Shown here: positions 1 to 10,569 of the stretch, one piece after another
Layout: each line of letters begins with the position of its first letter
Numbering within the stretch: position 1 is the stretch's first letter
Source: an uncultured Gemmatimonadales bacterium
Lineage (GTDB): Bacteria > Gemmatimonadota > Gemmatimonadetes > Gemmatimonadales > Gemmatimonadaceae
Direction: 5' to 3'
Assembly (NCBI GenBank): GCA_963851265.1
Contig: CAWKNZ010000009.1
Coordinates: 64,001 to 128,000, forward strand
Length of the DNA stretch: 64,000 nucleotides
The notes under the pieces: model-generated
Seen by the model: the letters and a program-made list of their open reading frames with translations, nothing else
Databases searched by the model: none
Told to the model about the DNA's origin: nothing
Made by a program: the position numbers and the translations under genes

Positions 1-111
1 GACGCGCGGTTCGGCCACCACGCGGCGCTCGCGTGCCACATGGCGAACGCGTCGTACTTCGCGCACGGCGCCGCGACGTGGGACGCGTCCGCTCGGCGCG
101 TGCGGAGCTGA
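1..111 (+). CDS. 3' end of a probable Gfo/Idh/MocA oxidoreductase (partial)
   Basis: Frame 1 reads DARFGHHAALACHMANASYFAHGAATWD...VRS-TGA(109-111), resembling the C-terminus of this family. Confidence 0.5.
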   Translation, partial: DARFGHHAALACHMANASYFAHGAATWDASARRVRS

Positions 112-374
112 CGCCGGGCGGCGCGGGCGGCGCGGGCGGCGCTGGTCGAACGCGCGCCCGCCGTTAGGCCGGTTCGGCGCGTGCCCGCGAGCGCGGGCGC
201 GGGCGGGCGGGCGACGCCCGCCGGTGTGATGGTCGTCCCCCGACTCGGGCCGAGCTGCGTGCGTGCGCGCCCACCCTGGCGCTGTCGTGACGGCGGCGGT
301 ACTGTAGCGCGCCGGCGGCGTCTGCCGGCGGGTCCACCGCCCGGGCCCATTCCCATCCGAACACGGAGAGTCTC

Positions 375-2689
375 ATGGTCGGCGCCCAGCGGCCGACGGC
401 CGCAGGCTGCAGCTCGTGGCCTCGGTCGCGGGGTCCGCTCGCGACCCGGTGCCGGCTCGCCGCAATCGCCGCGTTCGCCGCCGTCCCGGCGGTCAGCTGC
501 ATGACAGGCGACGCGAGACCGGCCGCGCCCGAGGTGATCGACGTGGGGCGGGCGCGGTCGGTCGTGGTCACCGGCGCCGCCGCGTCGATGCCGGGCGGCG
601 CGGTCGTATTCGTCCGGAACCCCGGTCCGGGCCCGCGCCGCGTGCGCGCGGTACTCGCGGCGGTGAGCGGCGAGGGCAAGGGCCTAACGGATTCCGCAAG
701 AGCAGCCGCCGGGCCCGCCCGCGGGCGCGACAGCCGCACGCACAGCCGCACGCACAGCCGCACGCGCAGCCGCACGCGCAGCCGCACGCAGAGCAGGATG
801 TACCCGCCAGCGCGGGCTCGGCTGGGCCGGACGGCCCGCGCGTTCTCGGGATCGACACGGTCGTGAGTGTGGCCGAGCGCGACAGCGTCGCGCTTCGCGT
901 CAGGCTCGGCGGCGACCTTGCGCGGGGGAAGGTCGCGCGCGCCGCCCTCGTGCTCCGCGACACGGCGGACGCCCGGCCGCGCGCCGCAGCGGCCGCGCCC
1001 GCCGCCCGCGCGGACACGCACGCGGTGCTCGTCGTCGGAACCGGCCTGACCGCGGCCGCGAGGTGGTCGACGACCGCCGTGCGCCTGGCTCCGTTAGGCG
1101 ACGCGCCGCTCTGGGTCCTGCGCGACGTCGTCCCCCTGCCGTCCGGCGTCGCGCCCGCGGCGTACCTCCCCACCTGCGCGGCCGCGCGTTCTCCCCTCCA
1201 CCCCGGCGGCTCGACGCCAAAGGACGGGATCGCGTTCGCGTGCGTCGCGTCGGTCGACACCGCTGCGGGGCCCGGATTGCGGCTCGCGGTGGACGGCGTC
1301 TCGGGCGTGGGGGAGTACGAGGGCACCCTGCCGGTTTTCACCCCGACCGCGGCCGACACCCTGGCGCTCCGGGTGCGAGTCACGGACCTTCCTGTCTGGC
1401 CACTGCTGGTGCTGTCGGCGGGACTCCTGCTCGCGCTCGCGTCGCGGCGCTACACCGGTGTGCGACGCGCGCAGTGGCAGTTGCGGCGCCGCGCGCTCCT
1501 CCTGCGCCCGGCGTTCGCGTCGGCGCAGGGGGCGTTCATGGCCGGGTTGAATCGCGCGACGTCGGCCGCGGCGGGTGCGCCGGGTGCCCCCGCCCCGCAC
1601 GACGACTCGAAGCACACGCCATCGATCGCCGCGGATTTCTACGCGCAGGCCGACGCACTCGTCGACCGCGTGCAGACAGCCGCGCTTCCGGTGCTCGGGT
1701 CGTGGGACGTGAGCGACCCGACGTACAAGGCGCTCTCGGACGCGGCCGGCATGCTCGAGGCGACCCTGGTCGATTGGGGGGCGTTCGGACATCAGCTCCG
1801 CAGCCTCCGCGCGGCCGCGAAGGTCGCGTCCGCGGCGGCGACGCGGCTCCCGCCGCTCGTGACCGACCCCCCGCGTCAGGCACCGCAGGGCGTCATCGAC
1901 GCGCGTGCGATCGGCGCGCCCGGCAACCTCACGCTCGAGGCGTTCGCCGCGCGCAAGAAGGGCGTCGACGCCGCGACCGCGTTTCTCGCCACGCTCGCCG
2001 ACGAGATCACGCGTGCGGTGCGCACACGCGACTGGATCGACCAGCTGCGCCCGGCGCCGGGCGCGGCAGCCGGGGCCGCCCCGGCGCTCGCGGCGACGGT
2101 GGACGCGCAGCTCCGGCAGGTCATACTCGACGTCTGGGAGGCGCGTGACGCGGCCGACCTCGGTGTCCGCGCGACCGCGACCACGCTGCTGCAACTCGAG
2201 CACGCCCTCGCCGCGGCCACGGTGCCGCGCGGGGACCGGCTCGCCCTCGCGGCGCCTTCGCCCGCCGCGAAGCAACTGCGCTTCCGCACCGTGGCGGCGC
2301 TCGACGCCGCGCAGCACGTCGCCGCGCGCCGGGTGCTTCGCGCCGTCCCACCGTCGCCGGCCGAGGTCGCGGCACGGAACCGCCGGACCGCGCAGTCGCT
2401 GCTCGCCGCCCTGGGCCGGACCGACTGGCGGTACGCCGCGCTCGCCTGGGTCGTCGCGGTGCTCGGCTGGCTCTCTAAGTCGTACCTCGGCCAGTCGTTC
2501 GGAACGCTCGCCGACTATATCGGCGCGTTCACGTGGGGCTTCGGCGCGTCGGTCGGGCTCGACTTTCTGCAAACCACGCTCGGAAAGCTCGGCGCATCGA
2601 CGTGGGGCGCGACGGCCGCACCGCAAGCGTCGGCGTCCGCGGCGGTCGCGAATGCCGTGACCGCGGTGACGGCCGCGCGAACTCCGTAG
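375..2689 (+). CDS. Large membrane protein of unknown function, apparently split across two frames
   Basis: GGAGAG before ATG375; signal-like N-terminus in ORF 375-866; protein-like sequence continues in ORF 416-2689 from about 835, with one central and two C-terminal hydrophobic helices (FGTLADYIGAFTWGFG). Confidence 0.55.
731..790 (+). repeat. 5 x 12-bp tandem repeat CAGCCGCACGCR
   Basis: Units start at 731, 743, 755, 767, 779; encodes (QPHA)5 in the 416 frame. Confidence 0.95.
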
Positions 2690-2767
2690 CGCCGATCGCG
2701 CGGCACTTCCAGGCGCGTGGTCGACACGCGCGAGCCTCCACGTATCACCAACCGAGGAGCGTTGGGC

Positions 2768-3265
2768 ATGGCAGCCATCTCGCAGACGGTGCACTTCGAC
2801 CCGGCAGGCGGCCCGCTGTCCGCCCGGCTGCGGTGTGACTTCGCGAACGCCGGGAGCTTCGGGCTGCTGCTGCTCGAGCACGACCGGGTCACGATCGTCG
2901 AGGAGTTCAGGGACGACTTCTCCAGTCCGCCCCAGAACACGCATCAGCTGCCCGGCGCGGCTGCCGATCAGGACGGTCGCGTGCTGGATTTCGTCGCCAC
3001 GGTCGGCATCCTCGATGCGAGCGGCGCGTTCGCCGTCGCCATGACGATCGTGCAGGACGGCCGCGAGCTCGCGACGGCAGCTACCGATCCGAAGACGTCC
3101 ACCAGCCAGACGGAGAATTGCGAGCTCGCCGTCGCACTGTCTGCGACACCGGCGCTGGCGATGATGAGCCGTTCGGTGGAGCGGTTGCTCGCGGCTCGTC
3201 CGACGCAGAAGACGAAGCGGGTGCCGGGCAACGCCGGCGCGCCGCGGCCGCGAGCCGGGCGATGA
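2768..3265 (+). CDS. Hypothetical beta-rich protein
   Basis: GAGGAG upstream of ATG2768; stop overlaps next ATG (ATGA). Confidence 0.65.
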   Translation: MAAISQTVHFDPAGGPLSARLRCDFANAGSFGLLLLEHDRVTIVEEFRDDFSSPPQNTHQLPGAAADQDGRVLDFVATVGILDASGAFAVAMTIVQDGRELATAATDPKTSTSQTENCELAVALSATPALAMMSRSVERLLAARPTQKTKRVPGNAGAPRPRAGR

Positions 3266-4416
3266 GCGTCGCCCACAGCGCGGGCCGTCGCGCGCGGGTG
3301 GCGGCCGCGTGCGCCGCGCTCGCCGCCTGCGCGGGCTCGGCGCGCGCGCAGGCGAACGCGGCCGCACTCGCGACGCCTAACGACGCGACGCCTGGCACGG
3401 CGAAGCTGCTGCAGGCCGACTACGCCGTCCCGGAGGTCCCCGCGCTGAAGATGCTCGACCTGGACCAGAGCCGGCTCGTACGGCCGTACAGCGCGCGGGC
3501 GCTCGCGACGGGGTTCACCAGCGCCACGGGCGGCTCCGTGTACGTCCCCTCCGGGCTCGGCGTCGAGTTCTCGCCGCTGTTGCTCGTGTACGGCCGCCAG
3601 CTGTCCATCGCCGACTACGAGGCCGCCCCGTGGAAGTACCGGCTTCGCACGTCCTTCGCCGCCCGGCGCGACTCGACCACGTCGCGGCGCACGCTGCTCG
3701 CCGGGGCGCTCCGCATCAGCCTGCAGGACCAGTCGGACCTCCGCACCAACCGCGCGTTCCGCCGCGCGCTGACCTCGCTCACGCGGGCGCGGCGCGACAG
3801 CATACTGCTGGTGCGCGAGGCGTGGTCGCGCGCGGGGGTGCCGCTCGTCGGCGACCGAACGCCGGCGCAGGACAGCCTCGCGCGCGCGGTCGAGCGCGGG
3901 GTCGGCGCGCGGCTCGTCACCGGGTACGGCATCCAGCTCGACTCGCTCGACGAGCTGGTCAAGGCGGCCAAGGAGGAGGCGCTGTGGAACGCCGACGTGT
4001 TCGACGTCGCGCTCGGCGTGCGCAGCTCCGCACGCGACTCGCTGGCCGGCGGCATGCGCTTCGACGGGGTGGCGGGGTGGCTCACCAAGGGGTGGGCTCC
4101 GCGGTGGCTCCCGGGGCAGTTCCTGGTCGGCACGCGCGGGGCGTACGAGCGCGACTCGACCGGCCGGGATCTGCGCGGCACGGGCGACGCCATCGCACGC
4201 GTCTACGTCGGCCGGAACGCCTACCGGGTGCACGCCGACGTACAAGGGACGGGGCGGGGCTCGTCGCGTCCGAGTTGGCTCGTCGGTGGTGGCGGCGAGT
4301 TCCGGGCGGCTACCGGGTTCTGGGTGGATCTCGCGGCGAACTGGCGGGCGACGGGCGCGCTCGGGACCGGGCGCCTGCTGCACTCGGTGAAGCTGAAGTT
4401 CTCGCCGCCCGGCTGA
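3262..4416 (+). CDS. Secreted, possibly outer-membrane beta-barrel-like protein
   Basis: Signal peptide (ARA-QA); alternating amphipathic beta-strands in the C-terminal half ending VKLKF. Confidence 0.6.
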   Translation: MSVAHSAGRRARVAAACAALAACAGSARAQANAAALATPNDATPGTAKLLQADYAVPEVPALKMLDLDQSRLVRPYSARALATGFTSATGGSVYVPSGLGVEFSPLLLVYGRQLSIADYEAAPWKYRLRTSFAARRDSTTSRRTLLAGALRISLQDQSDLRTNRAFRRALTSLTRARRDSILLVREAWSRAGVPLVGDRTPAQDSLARAVERGVGARLVTGYGIQLDSLDELVKAAKEEALWNADVFDVALGVRSSARDSLAGGMRFDGVAGWLTKGWAPRWLPGQFLVGTRGAYERDSTGRDLRGTGDAIARVYVGRNAYRVHADVQGTGRGSSRPSWLVGGGGEFRAATGFWVDLAANWRATGALGTGRLLHSVKLKFSPPG

Positions 4417-4462
4417 CCGCGCAACGCGCGCGGCCGGCTGGCGAACGACTCCGTGCTCGTAC

Positions 4463-5713
4463 TCAGCCGGTCGGCACCGTGATCTGCACGCTGTCGCGGG
4501 CGGTCTTGGTCGTGCCCTCGACACTGTAGAAGTCCACACGGACGCCCCCCGGCGACACGCGCACGAGTAGGTAGCCGTACCCACCGTACGACGCGTCGAA
4601 CGAATGGTCGCCCGTGACCTGCCCCGATGCCGGACCGATCGGGGCGAGGCCGTGCCCGCCCCCGCCCGCGACGAGGAAGGGGATCTGGCGCGCGACGCCG
4701 CCCACCGTGAGACGCCGCGTGTAGCGCTGGTAATTGTGCGAGTGCGCGGACAGCACGAGGTCGGGCCACACGTCGCCGGCCGAGCGGCACGCGTCGTCGA
4801 TGTCGGCGAGCATCTCGGGACTCCCGGCGTGCCCTCCGCTGCTGAAGGGCGGGTGGTGCGTGACGACGATGAGCGCCTTCCGCGGTGTCGCGCCGCGGGA
4901 GGGCGGGGTGCTGGGATGGCCGGCGTGCGCGTGGCCCGCCCCGGTGCGCGCGGACCCGATCGCACGCAGGGTCGCGACGAGCCAGTCCTTCTGCACCGAC
5001 CCGGCGGTCGGCCCCGAGAGAAAGCCCGGATTCTCGGCCGTGTTGGAGTAGAGCCCGATGATCTGGACGAACGGTGCGTCGAGCAGCCAGTAGACGCCCG
5101 GCAGCGTCATCGTCTGGCGAAAGACTGTGCCCGCGACCGGCGGCACCTGCGCCGTAGTCGCGCAGAAGTTGGCGAGGAACGCCCGCAGGCTGGCCGGGTC
5201 GGTCGGCGGCAGCACCTCGCCGTCGTGGTTGCCCGCGATCGCGACGATCTTGCCCGGGTAGCCGCGGTTCGGGACGTAAAACTGGTCTCGGTAGGTCGCG
5301 TCCTTGTTGGGGCCGTACACGACGTCGCCCAGGTGGAGCCAGAACGCGGGCGAGTGGGCGGGGTCACCCAACTGGTAGTCCTGCGCCATCGCGGCGGCGA
5401 CGTCGCTCTGCGGCGAGTGGTCGCCGTGCCCGGTGTCGCCGACGGCGTGGAAGACCATCGCGCCCGCGGCCTCGATCTGCGCCACGCCGGCCGCGCCGAT
5501 GATGCCGTCGAGCGGGACCGGCGCGTCGCTCCGCGCGCGCGGGATCGGTTCGACGCGCGACTGCACGAAGGCGAGCAGGGCGTCGTCCGCTGCGGCCGAG
5601 GCGTCGAGTTCGACGCGCGCGTCGGCGGGGCGGCCGTCGCCGCCGAGCGCCGTCGGGAGCGGGAAGGCGAAGCGCAGCGGATCGCCGGGCGCAGAGCGCG
5701 CGTCGTCGGACAT
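4463..5713 (-). CDS. Calcineurin-like metallophosphoesterase
   Basis: Motifs GDTG, HLGDVVY, GNHD, HHPP, SAHSHNY. Confidence 0.9.
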   Translation of the reverse strand: MSDDARSAPGDPLRFAFPLPTALGGDGRPADARVELDASAAADDALLAFVQSRVEPIPRARSDAPVPLDGIIGAAGVAQIEAAGAMVFHAVGDTGHGDHSPQSDVAAAMAQDYQLGDPAHSPAFWLHLGDVVYGPNKDATYRDQFYVPNRGYPGKIVAIAGNHDGEVLPPTDPASLRAFLANFCATTAQVPPVAGTVFRQTMTLPGVYWLLDAPFVQIIGLYSNTAENPGFLSGPTAGSVQKDWLVATLRAIGSARTGAGHAHAGHPSTPPSRGATPRKALIVVTHHPPFSSGGHAGSPEMLADIDDACRSAGDVWPDLVLSAHSHNYQRYTRRLTVGGVARQIPFLVAGGGGHGLAPIGPASGQVTGDHSFDASYGGYGYLLVRVSPGGVRVDFYSVEGTTKTARDSVQITVPTG

Positions 5714-5808
5714 GGCTCGGGGGCTCGGAGGGAACGACGTGACGTTAGGCAGCACCGCCGCCCCGCGAATACCGCGCCGCAGGCGCGCGCTGCGGCCGTC
5801 CCGGTGCC

Positions 5809-7917
5809 CTACCGCGGGATCACGGGCAGCGTCACGTGCGACGGGTGCGCCGCGTCGTGCACGAGCCGCTGGTGCGCGACCACGAACGTGCTGTCCCGCT
5901 CGTTATTCGCCCCCGTGTTCAGGTTGCGGTCGTACTTCGGAAAGAGCGCCGACGACACGCTCACCCGCAGCCGGTGGCCGGGCTCGAACACGCGCGACGT
6001 GAACCAGAGGTCGAGGTCGTACCGCTCGACGCGCCCCGGCGTGAGCGGCACGCTGCGGTCGAACCCCCGGCGGAAGCGCGCCCGCGCCACGCCGTCCTGC
6101 ACGCGCTCGGCGTGCCCGTCGGGGAAGACGTCCAGCAGCATCACGTCCCAGTCGGTGTCGCGGGCGTCGGTCGCGGCCCAGAGCGTGGCCGACATCTGCC
6201 CCGTCACCTCGACCGGCTTCGCGAGCGGCGCCGACGTGAACACGAGCGCGTCGTGCCGCGCGGCGTTGAGCGCCGTGTAGTCCTCGTTGAGCGAGGTCTC
6301 GAGTTCGCGCGAGTCGATGAGGAAGGGCGTCGGGTCCGCGGGGTCGTAGGTGAACGCGTCGGCCGGCGCGCCGCGCGGCGGGAGCGTGTCGAGCACCCCG
6401 TCGCCGGCGCTCGTGTTGGCCCGGCCGCCGGACGACAGATACCAGTTGGTGCGCACCGCCCGCGCGAGCGGCCACGCCGCCTCGTGGCGCCAGACGTCGT
6501 CCCCGAAGACGAACACGTCGACCGGGCGCTCGCGGTCGACGCCGTTGGGCTTGCCGAGCAGGTAGTGGTCGAACCAGCGGAGCTGCAGGCGCCGGGTGTC
6601 GACGCGCGACTGCGGCCCGAACTCGCCGGCCACGTAGTCGACCCCCTTGTGCGCACCGGGCCCCATCACGAGCCGGACCAACGGGTGCCCCGGCACGCGG
6701 TTCAGCGCGTCGGTGTAGTCGATCGGCCCGCGCGAGTCGTCGTACCAGCCGGAGATCTGCAGCACCGGCGCGCGCACCTTCGCGATGTTGGTCGTCACCG
6801 CGTGCGCGCGCCAGTACGCGTCGAGCGTGGGGTGCGCGATCCACCGGTCCCACAGCGGCACGTCGCCGCAGCCGAGCCGCCGGGGCAGGTCGGTGAGCGG
6901 CAGGTGCATGAGCGCCGGACCGATGTCCAACTCGCTCACGTCCTGCAGCGTGCGGGCGCGCATCAGGCAGGCCCACGCCACGTTGATCGGCGAGAACACC
7001 ATGTCCTCGTACGGCACGATGCGCCACGGATCGCCGGTCGCCGCCGACGGCGCGATGGCCGCGAGATGCGGCGGCGCGCTCACCGCGGCGTACCACGCGA
7101 GCCGGCCCTCGTCGGAGTGACCGATCATGCCGACGCGGCCGTTGGCGCCGGGCAGTCGGGCCGCCCACTCGACGGCGTCGTAGCCGTCGCGCACGTCGGT
7201 GTCGTAATCGCCGAAGTCGCGCCCCGACGAGACGTCGCGCCCGCGCACGTGCTGCGCGACGAAGATGTACCCGCGCGAGGCCCAGTACCGGCCGGCCGCG
7301 TGCAGGATGCGGGTGTAGGGCGTGCGCTGCAGCACGACGCCGAACGGCCCCGCGCCGACCGGACGGGCGACGTAGCTCGCCAGCCGCGCCCCGTCGCGCG
7401 TCGGCATGAACACCAGGGTGTCCTCCGTGACGGCGTACGCGGAGTCGGACACGGGCCCCGGCCAGAGCGCGTAGGCGCGCTCCACGACGAACGGCGTCGC
7501 GCGGCGGACGAAGCGGATCTGCCGGCCGGCCGGCCGGCCGTTCACCAGCATGACGCCCGTGAGGGTGTCGCCGCGCCACGCGGCGGCGACGGACTCATCG
7601 CCCGCGCCACTCAACGTCACCGAGTCGCCCCGCGCGGCGACGCGGGTGACGTCGAGGATCGGCTCCCCGGTGCGCCGGCGGATCGGCCCCGCGACCCCCG
7701 ACTCGCGCAGGACGAAGTGGGCGAACCCCATCCGCCGCCACCCCTGGAAGCCGGGGCGCGCCGTCGAACCGCTCGCCAGGTAGACGTCCCAATCGCCCTC
7801 TAGCGCGGGGGGACCGGCCGGGCGGGCGAACGCCGTCGTGACGCCGACGGCGAGGAGCGCGGCGAACGCGCGCGCGCCGCGCGATAGTCGCGATAGTACA
7901 GTGACGTGACCAAACAT
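5809..7917 (-). CDS. CocE/NonD-family hydrolase, secreted; start uncertain
   Basis: RDGARL, RTPY, GHSDEG elbow, GWYD, GPGAH, C-terminal jelly roll (YDPADPTP, GHRLRVSVSS, RNLNTG). Confidence 0.9.
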   Translation of the reverse strand: MFGHVTVLSRLSRGARAFAALLAVGVTTAFARPAGPPALEGDWDVYLASGSTARPGFQGWRRMGFAHFVLRESGVAGPIRRRTGEPILDVTRVAARGDSVTLSGAGDESVAAAWRGDTLTGVMLVNGRPAGRQIRFVRRATPFVVERAYALWPGPVSDSAYAVTEDTLVFMPTRDGARLASYVARPVGAGPFGVVLQRTPYTRILHAAGRYWASRGYIFVAQHVRGRDVSSGRDFGDYDTDVRDGYDAVEWAARLPGANGRVGMIGHSDEGRLAWYAAVSAPPHLAAIAPSAATGDPWRIVPYEDMVFSPINVAWACLMRARTLQDVSELDIGPALMHLPLTDLPRRLGCGDVPLWDRWIAHPTLDAYWRAHAVTTNIAKVRAPVLQISGWYDDSRGPIDYTDALNRVPGHPLVRLVMGPGAHKGVDYVAGEFGPQSRVDTRRLQLRWFDHYLLGKPNGVDRERPVDVFVFGDDVWRHEAAWPLARAVRTNWYLSSGGRANTSAGDGVLDTLPPRGAPADAFTYDPADPTPFLIDSRELETSLNEDYTALNAARHDALVFTSAPLAKPVEVTGQMSATLWAATDARDTDWDVMLLDVFPDGHAERVQDGVARARFRRGFDRSVPLTPGRVERYDLDLWFTSRVFEPGHRLRVSVSSALFPKYDRNLNTGANNERDSTFVVAHQRLVHDAAHPSHVTLPVIPR

Positions 7918-8042
7918 GCGGCAGACCGGGTGGGACGGTGGACGGTCGGTACGGGGGGCGTTCGCTCGGCGATCGTCGTCCTCCGCGCGACCGGACGAGC
8001 GCGTAAGTTGACGGCTCACCTGTCCCCGGAGCCAGCGACGCC

Positions 8043-8753
8043 GTGCGCATCAGCGACATGAACTGGATGCAGGTGGAGGAATACCTGCAACGCGACGACC
8101 GCGCCGTGCTGCCGCTCGGCAGCACCGAGCAGCACAGCCATCTGCGGCTCACGGTGGACTGTATCCTCCCCGAGCGCGTGGCCGCAGAGGCGGCGGAGCC
8201 GCTCGGCGTCCCGGTGTTCCCGGTGCTGCCGTACGGGGTCACCCCCTACTTCCGCGACTTCCCGGGGTCGATCTCGCTCCGCGTCGAGACGCACCTGCGC
8301 GTGGTGCGCGACATCCTCGACGGCATGGCGCACAGCGGGTTTCGTCGCATCCTGATCGTCAACGGGCATGGGGGCAACGGCGCGGCGCAGCAGTTCGTGC
8401 AGGAGTGGGCCGCCGACCACGCCGGCTGCCGGGTGATCTTCCACAACTGGTGGAGCGCGCCGCGCACCTGGGCCAGGGTGCAGGCCACCGACGCCGTCGC
8501 GTCGCACGGGTCGTGGATGGAGAACTTCCCCTGGACGCGCCTGCCCAACGTCGAGGTGCCTGCGGAACGGCGGCCGATGGTCGACCTCGCCCGCGTGCGC
8601 GCGCTCGACCCGGCGGCGCTCCGCGAGTACCTCGGCGACGGCAACTTCGGCGGCTGGCACCAGCGCCCCGACGAGGACATGCTCGCGATCTGGCAGGTGG
8701 CGGTCGACGAGACGCGCGAGTTGCTCGCGGGCTCGTGGGGCGAAGCGGTCTGA
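8043..8753 (+). CDS. Creatininase-family amidohydrolase
   Basis: LPLGSTEQH, D, NGHGGN, HGSWME motifs. Confidence 0.9.
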   Translation: MRISDMNWMQVEEYLQRDDRAVLPLGSTEQHSHLRLTVDCILPERVAAEAAEPLGVPVFPVLPYGVTPYFRDFPGSISLRVETHLRVVRDILDGMAHSGFRRILIVNGHGGNGAAQQFVQEWAADHAGCRVIFHNWWSAPRTWARVQATDAVASHGSWMENFPWTRLPNVEVPAERRPMVDLARVRALDPAALREYLGDGNFGGWHQRPDEDMLAIWQVAVDETRELLAGSWGEAV

Positions 8754-8767
8754 CGGCGCGGGCGACG

Positions 8768-9808
8768 ATGCGATGTCTGGTGTGGGGCGCGGGCGCGATC
8801 GGCGGCACCATGGGCGCGCACCTCGCGCGGGCCGGGCACGACGTCACGTTCGTCGACGCGGTCGGCGAGCACGTCGACGCGATCGGCCGAGACGGGATCC
8901 GGATCACCGGCCCGCTCGCGGCCTTCACCGTGCGGGCGCCCGCCTTCACCCCCGAGCGGGTGCGCGGCGCGTGGGACACGATCATCCTGGCGACCAAGGC
9001 ACAGCACACCGAATCCGCCACGCGCGCGCTGCGCCCCCACCTGAGCGCCGGCGGCTGCGTGATTTCGGCGCAGAATGGACTCAACGAGCTCGCCATCGCC
9101 GAGGTCGTCGGCCCGGACCGCACGGTCGGCGCCTTCGTCAACTTCGGCGCGGACTACCTCGAGCCCGGCGTGATTCATTACGGCGGCCGCGGCGCGGTGG
9201 TCGTGGGCGAGATCGACGGACGCCTCACGCCGCGGGCGGTCGCGGTGCGCGACGCGTGGCGCGACTTCGACGACCGCGCGGTCGCGACGCCCAACGTCTG
9301 GGGCTATCTCTGGGGCAAGGAGGCCTACGGCGCCATGCTCTTCGCCACCGCCCTGACCAACGAATCCATCGCCGACGCCCTCGCGCTGCCGGAGTACCGC
9401 GGCCTCTACATCGCGCTCGCGCGCGAGATGCTGGCCGTGGCCGCCGCGCGCGGGGTGACGCCCGAAGCGTTCGACGGGTTCGATCCGGCGGCCTATCTGC
9501 CGTCGGCCCCTCCCGGCGCCGCGGCGCGCTCGCTCGACGACCTCGTCGCCTTCAACCGCCGGTCGGCCAAGACGCACAGCGGGATCTGGCGCGACCTCGC
9601 CGTGCGTAGGCGTCCCACCGAGGTCGACGCGCAACTCGGGATCGTCGCCGCGCTCGGCCGGCAGGCGGGCGTGCCGACGCCGCTCACCGAGCGGCTCGTC
9701 GCGCTCGTCCACGACGTCGAGCGCGGCGCGCGCCCGCAGTCGCTCGACACGCTGGCGGCGCTCGCCGCCGCGCGCCCCGCGGCGCCTAACGATACGGCCG
9801 GCGGATGA
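8768..9808 (+). CDS. Ketopantoate reductase (PanE/ApbA)-family protein
   Basis: GAGAIGG, ATK, QNGL, WGK, TEVD motifs. Confidence 0.88.
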   Translation: MRCLVWGAGAIGGTMGAHLARAGHDVTFVDAVGEHVDAIGRDGIRITGPLAAFTVRAPAFTPERVRGAWDTIILATKAQHTESATRALRPHLSAGGCVISAQNGLNELAIAEVVGPDRTVGAFVNFGADYLEPGVIHYGGRGAVVVGEIDGRLTPRAVAVRDAWRDFDDRAVATPNVWGYLWGKEAYGAMLFATALTNESIADALALPEYRGLYIALAREMLAVAAARGVTPEAFDGFDPAAYLPSAPPGAAARSLDDLVAFNRRSAKTHSGIWRDLAVRRRPTEVDAQLGIVAALGRQAGVPTPLTERLVALVHDVERGARPQSLDTLAALAAARPAAPNDTAGG

Positions 9809-10569
9809 CCGTCCCCGCCGGTAGGACGGCCGTCGTCACGGGCGCCGCGCACGGCTTCGGACGCGCGATCGCCGTCGCGCTCGCGGCGCGCGGGGCGCGC
9901 GTGTGGGCCTGCGACGTGCTCGCGGACGAACTGCCCGAGACGCGGCGGCTGTGCGAAGCGGCGGGCGGCGCGTGCGCGGTGCGTGCGGTGGACGTGCGCG
10001 ACAAGGGCGCCGTCGACGCGTTCGTCGCGGAGGCTGCCGCGGCGACGGGGCGTGTCGACATCCTCGTGAACAACGCCGGCGGCGTTCTCGGGCAGGTAGG
10101 CCGCCCGCTGGAGGAGGTGACCGCGCCCGAGTGGCAGAGCATCTTCGACGTGAACGTGGGCGGCGCGTTCTACTGCGCGCAGGCGGTCGCGCCGGGGATG
10201 AAGGCCGCGCGCTGGGGCCGCATCGTGAACATTTCGAGCGGCGCCGGCCTCGGGATCAGCCTCACCGGCATCCAGGCGTACGCGTCGGCGAAGGCCGCGC
10301 AGATCGGGCTCACGCGGCAGCTCGCGCACGAGTTGGGCCCGTGGGGGATCACGGTCAACAACGTCGCGCCAGGCTTCGTCCGCTCCAACGCGGCGACCGA
10401 GCGCCAGTGGGAGTCGTACGGCGAGGAGGGCCAGCGCGCCCTCGTCGAGCGGATCGCGCTGCGGCGCCTGGGTACGCCCGCCGACATCGCCCATGGCGTG
10501 CTCTTCTTCGCGTCCGACGAGGCCGGGTGGATCACCGGCCAGGTGCTCTCGATCGACGGCGGCCGCTGA
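9805..10569 (+). CDS. SDR-family oxidoreductase
   Basis: TGAAHGFG, NNAG, YASAK, APG, GQVLSIDGG. Confidence 0.92.
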   Translation: MTVPAGRTAVVTGAAHGFGRAIAVALAARGARVWACDVLADELPETRRLCEAAGGACAVRAVDVRDKGAVDAFVAEAAAATGRVDILVNNAGGVLGQVGRPLEEVTAPEWQSIFDVNVGGAFYCAQAVAPGMKAARWGRIVNISSGAGLGISLTGIQAYASAKAAQIGLTRQLAHELGPWGITVNNVAPGFVRSNAATERQWESYGEEGQRALVERIALRRLGTPADIAHGVLFFASDEAGWITGQVLSIDGGR

